Notes under the pieces: model-generated
What the model saw: the letters and a program-made list of their open reading frames with translations, nothing else
Told to the model about the DNA's origin: nothing
The model's database searches: none
Shown: in pieces, positions 52,423-62,318 of the stretch
Position numbering within the stretch: the first letter of the stretch is position 1
Layout: each line of letters opens with the position of its first letter
Source of the DNA: Myxococcota bacterium
GTDB taxonomy: Bacteria > Myxococcota_A > SURF-8 > G963663525
DNA length: 64,000 nt
Direction of reading: 5' to 3'
Assembly (NCBI GenBank): GCA_963676915.2
Contig: CAXXVK010000062.1
Location: 72,342 to 136,341 of the forward strand
Translations under genes and position numbers: made by a program

Positions 52423-53190
52423 ATGTTCGAATCGATCGTGCGTCAATTTCTCTACCATCCGACCCATTTGGAGCCGGAAGCCCCTCTTCCTTCCTACGCC
52501 AGAGATGCCAAAGAGTGCTTTTTCGACACCGAAGACGGCAACCGCGTCCATGCCCTGTATTGGCCTGCCGCCTCCCAGCAACCCACCATCGTCTTTTTCC
52601 ATGGAAACGCTCAATCGGTCTATGAATGGGCGCTTATACGGGAAGACTTTTTAACACTGAATTGCGGATTGCTGCTCGTCGATTATCCGGGTTATGGAAA
52701 AAGCACGGGAACTCCAAGCGAATCCTCTTTGTTTTCATGCGGTTATGCAACGCTGGACTATGCCGAAAAAACGCTGAATCTCAACGAAAACGACATCGTG
52801 CTTTTCGGCAAATCGCTGGGAGGAGCCGTCGTCACGGAGATTGCACAGAACAAACGCTTTCGTACCGTGGTTCTCGAATCCACATTTACGTCCATTCCGT
52901 CTGTGGCACGTAACCTGATTCCGATTCTGCCCGCCGATGCGATATTCAAGTCGGAACGCTATGCTTCCATTGAAAAAATTCCGGCTTTGCAAAGTCCGCT
53001 TTTGGTGATCCACGGCGAAAAAGACGACCTGATTCCCGTCGAAGAGGGAAAAAAGCTGTTCGAACGCGCCGAAACGTCCAAAAAACTGTATCTTGCTCCC
53101 CAAGCGGGACACAACGATGTTTCCATGATGGAAGGACTTCGTTACGCAACCACCATTCGGGAATGGCTCGATGGCCTCGACGGAACATGA
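52423..53190 (+). CDS. alpha/beta hydrolase (ABHD-like)
   Basis: FFHGNA, DYPGYGKS, GKSLGG, IHGEKDDLIP, AGHND; RBS GGAGG. Confidence 0.9.
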   Translation: MFESIVRQFLYHPTHLEPEAPLPSYARDAKECFFDTEDGNRVHALYWPAASQQPTIVFFHGNAQSVYEWALIREDFLTLNCGLLLVDYPGYGKSTGTPSESSLFSCGYATLDYAEKTLNLNENDIVLFGKSLGGAVVTEIAQNKRFRTVVLESTFTSIPSVARNLIPILPADAIFKSERYASIEKIPALQSPLLVIHGEKDDLIPVEEGKKLFERAETSKKLYLAPQAGHNDVSMMEGLRYATTIREWLDGLDGT

Positions 53191-53247
53191 CACACCCGAA
53201 ACGCAACCAAGAAACCGATCCGTTCATTATCCAAGGGAGATTTTCGC

Positions 53248-54339
53248 GTGAAACTGGTTCTCGAAGACAATAGCATCTGGGAAGGCCGATCTTTCGGCGC
53301 TTCTACGGGATTCGAAGGAGAAGTGGTGTTCAACACCGGGATGACCGGCTATGTCGAAACCCTTACCGATCCCTCTTACAAAGGTCAAATTCTCGTCTGC
53401 ACGTATCCGCTGCAAGGCAACTACGGCGTTCCCGAACCGGAAGAACGCGATGGCCTGCCCTGGCCGTTCGAATCCGATCGGATTCAGGTATCGGGGTTGA
53501 TCGTCACCCGCCATAGCGAGCGTCACAGCCACCACGCAGCCGCCAAAACCCTGGGGCAATGGTTGAGTGAGCAGGGAATTCCCGCTATCGAAGACGTGGA
53601 TACCCGCGCATTGACCCGCCTTTTGCGTGAAAAAGGCACGATGCGAGGAAAAATTCTGCCGGAAAGTGATACGGCGCGCTTGGCCGAGCTGCCCCAAGTA
53701 AATATGCCGGAAGTGGTGGACCTCGTTTCCTGCAAATCCCCACAAAAATATGAACGAGGAAACATCCATATCGCGCTCGTGGATTGCGGCATGAAACGCA
53801 ACATTCTACGTAGTCTTCTCAAACGCGATTTAAGCGTAACGGTCGTTCCCTGGGATTACGATCTGGAAAGCATGTACGATGAAGTAGACGGCTACTTTAT
53901 CAGCAACGGACCGGGCGACCCCAAAGACGCTGAAATCCTGATCGGCAACCTTCGCAAATTGTTGAAGCGGGACAAGCCGGTTTTCGGCATCTGTCTGGGA
54001 CATCAATTGCTTGCACTAGCCGCCGGAGCCGATACCTACAAGCTTCCCTACGGCCACCGTTCGCAAAATCAGCCGGTTCAGGACTTGCTTACCCGACGGT
54101 GCTTCATCACCAGCCAGAACCACGGCTACGCGGTCGATAACGACTCTCTACCCCACGACTGGGACACCTGGTTCGTCAACGTCAACGATGAAACCAACGA
54201 GGGAATCCGCTGCGTTTCCGGGCCGTTCGCCTCGGTGCAATTCCACCCCGAAGCCAGTCCCGGCCCAACCGACACCGCCTATTTATTCGATGAATTTGTA
54301 CGTATGATCGCACGTTCGAGGTTTGTCCATGTTCGGTAA
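53248..54339 (+). CDS. carA: carbamoyl-phosphate synthase small subunit
   Basis: GEVVFNTGMTGY, SNGPGDP, GICLGHQ, QFHPEA. Confidence 0.97.
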   Translation: MKLVLEDNSIWEGRSFGASTGFEGEVVFNTGMTGYVETLTDPSYKGQILVCTYPLQGNYGVPEPEERDGLPWPFESDRIQVSGLIVTRHSERHSHHAAAKTLGQWLSEQGIPAIEDVDTRALTRLLREKGTMRGKILPESDTARLAELPQVNMPEVVDLVSCKSPQKYERGNIHIALVDCGMKRNILRSLLKRDLSVTVVPWDYDLESMYDEVDGYFISNGPGDPKDAEILIGNLRKLLKRDKPVFGICLGHQLLALAAGADTYKLPYGHRSQNQPVQDLLTRRCFITSQNHGYAVDNDSLPHDWDTWFVNVNDETNEGIRCVSGPFASVQFHPEASPGPTDTAYLFDEFVRMIARSRFVHVR

Positions 54340-57300
54340 TTATCTTCCCTTAAAGCCTAAAAAAGTTCTGATTCTCGGTTCCGGCGCCTTGAAAATCGGC
54401 GAAGCGGGCGAGTTCGACTATTCAGGAAGCCAGGCGATCAAAGCGCTGAAAGAAGAAGGCATCCAAACGGTGCTCGTCAATCCGAACATCGCCACGATTC
54501 AGACCAGCGAAGGCATGGCGGACCGGACCTACTTCCTGCCTGTAACTGCGCAATTCGTCGAGCAGGTCATCCGTGAAGAACAGGTAGATAGCATCATCCT
54601 GGGATTCGGCGGACAAACGGCGCTCAACTGCGGCCTGGAACTCGAAGAAACCGGCGTGCTCGATCGCCTGGATGTGCGCGTCATCGGAACGCAGGTCGAA
54701 TCGATCCGCAACACCGAGGACCGTAAGCTTTTCGTCGATAAACTCAACGAAATCCATGTCAAAACGGCCCGTGCCGTTGCCTGCGATTCTCAAGCGGAAG
54801 CCCGCAAGGCAGCGCTCGAAACCATCGGACTGCCAGTCATTTTGCGGGGTGCGTTCTCCCTGGGAGGCAAAGGCAGCGCCATCGTAAGCACCGAAGAAGA
54901 ACTGGATAAAGTGCTGCCCGTCGCTTTTTCGGGTAGCCCGCAGGTGCTCGTCGAGGAAAGCCTCGCCGGATGGAAAGAGATCGAATACGAAGTGGTGCGC
55001 GACGGAAAGGACAACTGCCTGACCGTCTGCAACATGGAAAACATCGATCCGATGGGCATCCACACCGGAGAGTCCATCGTCGTCGCTCCGTCACAGACCC
55101 TGAACAACCACGAATACCACATGCTTCGGGAACTGGCGATTCGCACGGTTCGGCATCTGGGAATCGTTGGGGAGTGCAACATCCAATACGCGCTCGACCC
55201 CTCTAGCGACGAATACCGCGTCATCGAAGTCAACGCCCGCCTGAGCCGTTCTTCGGCGCTGGCCAGCAAAGCCACCGGCTATCCTCTGGCGTACATCGCC
55301 GCAAAGCTCGCGCTTGGTTATACGTTGCACGAACTGACCAACCTGATCACCCGCCGTACCAGCGCATTTTTCGAACCGGCGCTGGACTACTGCGTCATCA
55401 AATGCCCGCGCTGGGATCTGGAGAAATTCACCGGAGCGGAAGTCAAAATCGGCACCGAAATGAAAAGCGTCGGCGAGGTGATGAGTATTGGCCGAAGCTT
55501 TACCGAAGCGCTGCAAAAAGCCTTGCGCATGGTCGGTCTGGGCGTCAACGGTCTGGAACCGGATGCCTTCGAGTTCGAAAACCTCGAATACGAGTTACAG
55601 AATCCTTCTCCCAAACGGATTTTCGCGGTCGGCAAAGCGCTTGAAAGCGGCATGGATGTGGAACGCATTCATGATTTGACAGGTGGCATCGACCGCTGGT
55701 ACCTGTACGAGATCGATCACATGATCAGCCTCGCCAGGGATATGAAAAATTGCAATGAATTGGATGAAACCCTTCTACGTCGCGCCAAAAAGGAAGGGTA
55801 TTCCGACCTGGGAATCGCAAAGCTTCTCGATAAAAAAGAAAGCGACATCCGACTGTTGCGCCACCGCTGGCACATTCGCCCGGTGCTGAAGCAAATCGAC
55901 ACGCTTTCCGCCGAGTTCCCTGCCGAAACCAACTACTTGTACCTAACCTACCATGGCACCGAAACCGACGTGCGCTCCTCCTGGCGCAAGAAAGTCATGG
56001 TGCTCGGCGGCGGTCCCTATCGCATAGGATCTTCGGTGGAATTCGACTGGTGCTGCGTGAACTCCGTACAGGCCGCAAGAGAGTTGGGATACGAAACAGT
56101 GCTGGTCAACTGCAACCCCGAAACCGTCAGCACCGACACCGACACCTGCGACAAACTGATTTTCGATGAAATCACCTTCGAAGCCGTTTCTGAAATCTAC
56201 GATATGGAACAGCCGTACGGCATCGTCGTTTCGGTAGGTGGACAGATTTCCAACAACCTGGTTCTACCGCTACACCAAGCCGGAATGCGTATTTTGGGAA
56301 CCTCGGCCACAAACATCGACCGAGCGGAAGACCGGCACAAGTTTTCGTCTTTGCTCGATGAACTGGGCATCGACCAACCCAAATGGACCGAAATGTCCCG
56401 TATCGAGGACTTGCCGAAGACCATCGAGGAACTGGGAGGAACCCCGATCCTCGTGCGTCCCTCCTATGTGCTGTCCGGTGCAGCGATGACCGTCGCCCAC
56501 GACGAAAGCCACCTGGTCAACTTCCTCAATCGCGCCGCAGAAGTTTCCCCCGATCATCCTGTTGTACTGACCAAGTTCGAGCGCAACAGCAAGGAAATCG
56601 AAATCGACGCGGTGGCCGACAACGGCGAAGTGATTCTTTGGGCCATCAGCGAGCATGTGGAGAACGCGGGCGTTCACTCGGGTGACGCCACCATGGTGCT
56701 TCCCCCACAAAAGCTCTACCTCGAAACCGTCCGTCGTATCAAAACCATAGCCACAAAACTCGCTGAGAAATTGCAGATCACCGGACCGTTCAACATGCAG
56801 TTTCTCGCGAAAAGCAACACAGTAAAGGTCATCGAACTCAACCTTCGGGCCAGCCGGAGTTTTCCGTTCGTGTCCAAAGTCACGGGTAACAACTATATCC
56901 GCGAAGCTACACGGCGAATGCTTGGCGTTCGTGACCCGATCGTCAACAAAGCGCTCGATCTCGATTACGTGGGCGTCAAAGCGGCACAATTTTCGTTCTC
57001 GCGAATCAAAGGCGCCGATCCGACATTGGGTGTCGAGATGGCCAGCACCGGCGAAGTTGGCTGCTTCGGGGAGAACTTCCACGAAGCCCTGCTAAAATCG
57101 CAACTTTCCATCGGCTTCCGCTATCCCAAGAAAGGCGTCCTACTGAGTCTAGGACCGGTAGGCGACAAATACCGTTTCCTTGAACCGGCAAAAATCCTTG
57201 CGGAAATGGGCCTGAAGCTCTACGCCACGCCGGGAACGGCGGATCTTCTGGCCGAAGAGGGATTCGAAGTGACCAAAGTCGGCAAAAGTCGCCAACCGAT

Positions 57301-57547
57301 GGAACCGATGGGGCTGGATCTCATCGACAAGGGCGAGGTGGATTTCGTCGTGAATATCTCAAGAGACTACGACGAGGAAGGCCGACCCGACGGATATTTC
57401 ATCCGCAGACGAGCCGCAGACCTCAACATCCCGTTGATCACGAACATGCAACTGGCCATCGCGATCGTCGAAGGCATGAGTCTGTACAAAGAAAAAGATT
57501 TACAGATTCACCACTGGGGGCAGTACGTCCGCAGGGCTGAAGGATAA
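54329..57547 (+). CDS. carB: carbamoyl-phosphate synthase large subunit
   Basis: GEFDYSGSQA, GIHTGES, EFDWCCV, RPSYVLSG, GVHSGDA, C-terminal MGS domain. Confidence 0.97.
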   Translation: MFGNYLPLKPKKVLILGSGALKIGEAGEFDYSGSQAIKALKEEGIQTVLVNPNIATIQTSEGMADRTYFLPVTAQFVEQVIREEQVDSIILGFGGQTALNCGLELEETGVLDRLDVRVIGTQVESIRNTEDRKLFVDKLNEIHVKTARAVACDSQAEARKAALETIGLPVILRGAFSLGGKGSAIVSTEEELDKVLPVAFSGSPQVLVEESLAGWKEIEYEVVRDGKDNCLTVCNMENIDPMGIHTGESIVVAPSQTLNNHEYHMLRELAIRTVRHLGIVGECNIQYALDPSSDEYRVIEVNARLSRSSALASKATGYPLAYIAAKLALGYTLHELTNLITRRTSAFFEPALDYCVIKCPRWDLEKFTGAEVKIGTEMKSVGEVMSIGRSFTEALQKALRMVGLGVNGLEPDAFEFENLEYELQNPSPKRIFAVGKALESGMDVERIHDLTGGIDRWYLYEIDHMISLARDMKNCNELDETLLRRAKKEGYSDLGIAKLLDKKESDIRLLRHRWHIRPVLKQIDTLSAEFPAETNYLYLTYHGTETDVRSSWRKKVMVLGGGPYRIGSSVEFDWCCVNSVQAARELGYETVLVNCNPETVSTDTDTCDKLIFDEITFEAVSEIYDMEQPYGIVVSVGGQISNNLVLPLHQAGMRILGTSATNIDRAEDRHKFSSLLDELGIDQPKWTEMSRIEDLPKTIEELGGTPILVRPSYVLSGAAMTVAHDESHLVNFLNRAAEVSPDHPVVLTKFERNSKEIEIDAVADNGEVILWAISEHVENAGVHSGDATMVLPPQKLYLETVRRIKTIATKLAEKLQITGPFNMQFLAKSNTVKVIELNLRASRSFPFVSKVTGNNYIREATRRMLGVRDPIVNKALDLDYVGVKAAQFSFSRIKGADPTLGVEMASTGEVGCFGENFHEALLKSQLSIGFRYPKKGVLLSLGPVGDKYRFLEPAKILAEMGLKLYATPGTADLLAEEGFEVTKVGKSRQPMEPMGLDLIDKGEVDFVVNISRDYDEEGRPDGYFIRRRAADLNIPLITNMQLAIAIVEGMSLYKEKDLQIHHWGQYVRRAEG

Positions 57548-57577
57548 GTCCGCACAAATTTCTTGAGATTCGTACGT

Positions 57578-57608
57578 AATGTCGGGTGATTTTTCACCCG
57601 ACATTTTT
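57578..57608. repeat. REP-derived hairpin between convergent genes (could act as terminator)
   Basis: AATGTCGGGTGA-loop-TCACCCGACATT followed by T-run; same stem as the RAYT-flanking REP. Confidence 0.75.
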
Positions 57609-57633
57609 GGTTCCCCAGGTCGCCTTCCAAAAA

Positions 57634-59943
57634 TCAGGGGAAGCGAATTCCCACCATAAATTCAACCAGCATTCCATGGGAAAGACTGAAATCCTCTCCC
57701 GAACAATCCACAGTAGGTTCGCCGAGTTGCTCGCGGATGTCGTTCTGTTGTTCACAAGCCGCTTTATCGATAGCTCCTTTGGGGAGAAGTCCTGTAAGTC
57801 CGTAACCCAGCGCAAATTCCATGGTGATTCCCAAATAATCACTCGGATAGAAGGTGTAGCCGATGGGGAGACGAGCATAGGATTCCAGGCCGTATTTCAA
57901 GTTATCTCCCATCAAATAGCCGCTACGAATACCTAAGCCTAAACTGGGAATCGCCCAGCGGTTGATGACCCACCGATGATTGAAACCCATATGTAAGCCC
58001 AACATATGAATTTCCTTTAAATTGCCTCCGAACATCTCATACCCGTACGTTGGCTCCAGCGAAAATGCCGCGCCTTCCCCTCCCATATCCAGACCGAGCG
58101 CCAAAAGAACCGCACCTCTGCCTTTAAGGTCTTCGTTGATCAGTTTTGATCCTTGCATGTAGTAGGCATATCCCGATTTCGGCGCAAGAGTAAACCAGGA
58201 AAGCTCGAATTCCTTTTCGGTTTTTTCTTCTTCTTTCGGCTCTTCTTCGGCTTTTTTCTCTTTTTTCAACGCTTCGGGAGGTTTTGGAGCTTGTCGGGGT
58301 TTATCCACTACCGGTTGAGCTGCCACAACGGGAACCACCGAGGATTTTTTTTCAGGTTCAGGGATCGTAAGCAGGATCCACTCCCGATCCTTTCCGTCTT
58401 CTTTCAACGCAGGAACGGTAATCGTCTTTACGAAACCCTCGATCATTTTTCCTGCTGCCATGCTCGCGGCTTCGTAGTAATCTTTGTCTTCCACCGGCTG
58501 CTCCACCGAGGCGAGCAGGCATTTGTCTTTGGGAGAATAATAATCCAGCTTGACCCAGGGATTTTTTCGGCTTCGAGCTACGGTGGTCAACACTACCGCC
58601 GTTTCGGGCATCGACACGTCCTCTGCACAGACCACGCGCTCTTTGAGCCATTTCCCCCGTTTATACTTTTTCAATTTAGCCAATTCTTTACGGTATTTCT
58701 TTAGTTCCTTTTTCTCCTGTTTGGTCTTGAGGATCTCGAATTTGGCATACGAGGCGATGCGTTCGCGAGTGGTTTTATGCAGCTTTCTTCCCCGTTTGCC
58801 TCCATACGCTTTGCCATTGTCGTAAATTGCCGAATCCACAAGAATTTTCGGAAAAACCGACAGTTCTTTTTCAATCAACGGCTGCATCTGTTCCGGGGTT
58901 TGAAACTCTCCGATTCGTTTGCCTCTCCAATCGAACAGGATGCCTTTCGAAAGAAGACTCATATATTCCACGGAAGTCGGTTTTTTCGAAGCGACGCAAA
59001 CATAATTGTTTTGATTCCACGTCGGAGGAGCACAGCTTTTCGGATCGCTGAACAATTGCACCGCAAGAAGGCTAAGCCCTCGCGCACCGTACTTGAAACC
59101 CATGGCCCGCCATGCGTCATACGTAGAGGCGCATCGTTCGCAGTTCGGTGCGTCCAAAACCACAGCCATCAGGCGTATGCCGGGAGTAGCCAGACGATCT
59201 TTGACGGCGATTGATTCCGATTGAAACAACCGATTCAACGCCTCTTCTCCAGAGTCGGTTGTCAACTCCTCCATTGCTTCGATCATCTTGAGCTTGTCCA
59301 AAAGGAATTCCAGAGCTTGCGCTCCCATGACGCCGAGGTCTTCTTTGATAGCAGTGATACCTTCGGCGCGTCCCAACTCTCTGCCATTCTCTAACGTTCT
59401 GGCTTTCAGTTCGATTTTCCACCCATCGGCGACTTGCTGCACTCGCGTATCGACAAGAAGTTCCCCTTTGACGGATTCCTCGACCAGTTGCAGACAAGCG
59501 GAGTCGGCAAGGCAGTCTTCCCGTTGTTTTATACTGCCAAGGTGAGAACTCACAGTCGTTGACGGTGTGTCGGAGAGCGCAACGCCCTTGGCATTGGAAA
59601 CGACTTGGTGCATTTTTTCTCGGATATACGTCAGATCGTATGTTTCCAACCCTTCCCCTAAAGGAACCAGTAAGAATACTTTTTTCTCGGGTTTCGGGGC
59701 AGGTTTATCAGCATCGCTTACGTGCCCGGCCATCGTGCCGACTTCGGGTTGTGCGGCAACAGGTGCTGGTGTCGTTGTTTTTTCTGCGGAAGGAGCATTT
59801 GGCACATTTTCAACCGGTGTTTGAGCATAAGCCGAACCAGTCAGGCACCCAATCAGGAATAAAACGCTCCAAAACGTTCCTTTAGACGATACGTTCCGTT
59901 TCCACGTCCCACTCATCCATCCCCTCCAATCGATGAAATTCAT
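57634..59943 (-). CDS. secreted multidomain protein: thioredoxin-like CxxC domain and C-terminal outer-membrane beta-barrel
   Basis: Signal peptide ending SAYA, APNCERC, Lys/Glu/Pro linker, amphipathic strands ending EFMVGIRFP. Confidence 0.6.
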   Translation of the reverse strand: MNFIDWRGWMSGTWKRNVSSKGTFWSVLFLIGCLTGSAYAQTPVENVPNAPSAEKTTTPAPVAAQPEVGTMAGHVSDADKPAPKPEKKVFLLVPLGEGLETYDLTYIREKMHQVVSNAKGVALSDTPSTTVSSHLGSIKQREDCLADSACLQLVEESVKGELLVDTRVQQVADGWKIELKARTLENGRELGRAEGITAIKEDLGVMGAQALEFLLDKLKMIEAMEELTTDSGEEALNRLFQSESIAVKDRLATPGIRLMAVVLDAPNCERCASTYDAWRAMGFKYGARGLSLLAVQLFSDPKSCAPPTWNQNNYVCVASKKPTSVEYMSLLSKGILFDWRGKRIGEFQTPEQMQPLIEKELSVFPKILVDSAIYDNGKAYGGKRGRKLHKTTRERIASYAKFEILKTKQEKKELKKYRKELAKLKKYKRGKWLKERVVCAEDVSMPETAVVLTTVARSRKNPWVKLDYYSPKDKCLLASVEQPVEDKDYYEAASMAAGKMIEGFVKTITVPALKEDGKDREWILLTIPEPEKKSSVVPVVAAQPVVDKPRQAPKPPEALKKEKKAEEEPKEEEKTEKEFELSWFTLAPKSGYAYYMQGSKLINEDLKGRGAVLLALGLDMGGEGAAFSLEPTYGYEMFGGNLKEIHMLGLHMGFNHRWVINRWAIPSLGLGIRSGYLMGDNLKYGLESYARLPIGYTFYPSDYLGITMEFALGYGLTGLLPKGAIDKAACEQQNDIREQLGEPTVDCSGEDFSLSHGMLVEFMVGIRFP

Positions 59944-60118
59944 CGAAAACGGTTGTTTCTGTAAACATTCCTCCAGTCTTATCGTGCGTCTTTAAGAGGA
60001 ATTGCTCGATAATGTAAACCAAGATCTCGTACAAATCAAGTTGACTGTAGAATTGGGGCGTGATTAAAAATGTAGGGAAAATTGCTATTTTCTCAGAAAA
60101 ACATGGATTTTACGCATG

Positions 60119-60188
60119 TGTCTGGTGATTTTTACCCAACAATTTTCGAAAAAAACCACTTGTGTCGGGTGAAAACTACACGACCTAC
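60119..60188. repeat. degenerate REP doublet
   Basis: TGTCTGGTGATTTTTACCCAACA ... TGTCGGGTGAAAACTACACGACCTAC (GTAG end on the minus strand). Confidence 0.65.
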
Positions 60189-60225
60189 TAGAAGCCATCC
60201 TAAAAATTCACATCCAGAATCAGCC

Positions 60226-60723
60226 TTAATTACCGCAGCGGTCTTCGGTAGGTGGACACCAATTGAGTCCTCCATCGTCGTCACCTGCGCATCCAAAAAC
60301 ACTCGAACATAAGTTCGATGGAGGATTAGCAGAATACAAACACTCTCTAAGCGGTGTACAGGCATCAGGTGGAAATTCCTCGGAGCAGATATCTCCACAA
60401 ATCGCCACGAGACATGATTCATAATCTTCCACGGTACAGGACTGAAAGTTTTCATCCGTATCGGCGCACTCTTCGACGGATATTGGTGTGGAATACGTTT
60501 CATTGATCGTACAGTCGGCATTTGCAACCGCACTGGATAAGATTTCACTCCTCCACTGGCAATTTTGCAGCCGCTGGTCTTCATCCAGATCGGATAAAAG
60601 CAGCTTCAACGGCGAGCCGGATAAACCCAACTCACCCGTGTCGTTTTCGTCTGAATCATCACCGCAGGAAAATAGCGCAAACAGTGAAAATACCAACAAG
60701 ACGGCAGCGGTCGTGTACTTCAT
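60226..60723 (-). CDS. small Cys-rich acidic lipoprotein
   Basis: RBS AGGAG, lipobox LFSC, many Cys. Confidence 0.75.
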   Translation of the reverse strand: MKYTTAAVLLVFSLFALFSCGDDSDENDTGELGLSGSPLKLLLSDLDEDQRLQNCQWRSEILSSAVANADCTINETYSTPISVEECADTDENFQSCTVEDYESCLVAICGDICSEEFPPDACTPLRECLYSANPPSNLCSSVFGCAGDDDGGLNWCPPTEDRCGN

Positions 60724-60920
60724 TCGATCATTCTCCTATTTCACAACAACTAATGGATGTATCAGTATTGTTTGAGATTCGAATTTTCGCAAGAGCTTTA
60801 TCAAAAAGTCACACACCATCGCACCAAATACCGATAATTTCTTTTACATCTCACCAACATTGCTTCTCCATTTAGGTTCCGCTATACTTTCTTTACACAA
60901 TTCATGAAGAGGGGACGCCA

Positions 60921-62258
60921 TTGTTTTTACCCAAAGATATTTCACGGTTGGATGCGCCAGACACGCTCATTCCGAACCAGATCCCCAGCCAGCCGATGGA
61001 CGGCTTCATCACGGCACTCGACACCATGTCGGAGTTGATGATTCAGATGGAAATCGACTGCGCAGGCTCGCTCGACCCAGATCGACTGGCACAAGCCCTG
61101 GACCATACCCTCGATGCGGAACCCGTCTTAGGTTGCCGGTTCGTTCCCGATCCGAAACATCCCTATTGGGAACGGGTCGAAAAGCGCCCAGCTACCTTAC
61201 AGGTCGTCGATACTTCAGACGACCTCGACCGGTTTCGGATTTCCTCCATCGATTCTGGAAACGGTTGCCAGTTACAAGCTTGTCTCCATCCTCGTAGCGA
61301 TGGCGACCGGCTGCTTCTAAAAGTCTCTCACGAAGCCAGCGATGCCGGCGGTTTGAAAGAGATTTCGGCTATTGTTTCGAGCATTTATAACGAGTTGGAC
61401 TCGAATCCCTCGTATCGTCCCGAACCGAATTTCGGTTGCCGCAATCATAAACAAGTCATGAAACTCGTTCCTTTTAAGGCCTACCCACGAATTTTTATCA
61501 ATTATTTCAAGGAATTATTCCTGAACATCCTTCATCCGGCCACGTTTCGCCTTCCTATAGAAACTCGGAGAGAGGCCACCGAGGTGGAATTCTCGGTACG
61601 ACATCTTTCGGCGGAACAGGTTTCGTTTCTGTCGCAATACGGCAAACGTTTCGGCGCGACAATCAACGACCTTTTTCTTGCAGCCTTGTTGCAATCCCAA
61701 GGAAATTTCGACGAAATTCAGCCCGACCAACGTGTCCGCATCGCTTCAACCGTGGACCTGAGAAGGCACTATCTCCCTGACATGAAAGGCGAATCCGTCT
61801 GTAATCTCAGCGCGATCGTCTACCATAAACTGGGCTGCGGTATCGGTGAAACATTCGAGGAAACCCTGCAACGTGTCCAACAGGAAACGATAAAGCAGAA
61901 ACGAAGCTGGCTGGGACTGAATGCCTACCTCTTCACCATTCCGCTGGTTACCTGCATGAACTACGGAAAAGCCATCGAAGGCGCGAGAAAGGCGATTTTC
62001 GATTGGATCGACAAAGGCCGCATGGCAAACGCCTTCACGAACATGGGACCGATCGAAGCCAAGCACGTCACCTACGGACAACCCGCTCGGCGAGCCTGGT
62101 TGCTTCCACCTCCCGGACGTCCACCCGAATTTCTCGGAGGATTGACGGGCTACAACGGCACATTGACGCTTTCCGCCGGAACCTACCCGGAAGCCATGGA
62201 AAAGATTACGGGTGACGGCTTGCTCGATGCCATTCTCGATCAATTCCCAGAGCCATAA
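60921..62258 (+). CDS. stand-alone condensation-domain-like / CoA-dependent acyltransferase
   Basis: SHEASDAGG (HxxxDG-like), GATINDLFLAA, STVDLRRH, FTNMG. Confidence 0.75.
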   Translation: MFLPKDISRLDAPDTLIPNQIPSQPMDGFITALDTMSELMIQMEIDCAGSLDPDRLAQALDHTLDAEPVLGCRFVPDPKHPYWERVEKRPATLQVVDTSDDLDRFRISSIDSGNGCQLQACLHPRSDGDRLLLKVSHEASDAGGLKEISAIVSSIYNELDSNPSYRPEPNFGCRNHKQVMKLVPFKAYPRIFINYFKELFLNILHPATFRLPIETRREATEVEFSVRHLSAEQVSFLSQYGKRFGATINDLFLAALLQSQGNFDEIQPDQRVRIASTVDLRRHYLPDMKGESVCNLSAIVYHKLGCGIGETFEETLQRVQQETIKQKRSWLGLNAYLFTIPLVTCMNYGKAIEGARKAIFDWIDKGRMANAFTNMGPIEAKHVTYGQPARRAWLLPPPGRPPEFLGGLTGYNGTLTLSAGTYPEAMEKITGDGLLDAILDQFPEP

Positions 62259-62318
62259 CGCAAATTTTCGGGGTAAACTACATCCAATCGTGTCGAAACG
62301 GTACGAATTGAAACACAA

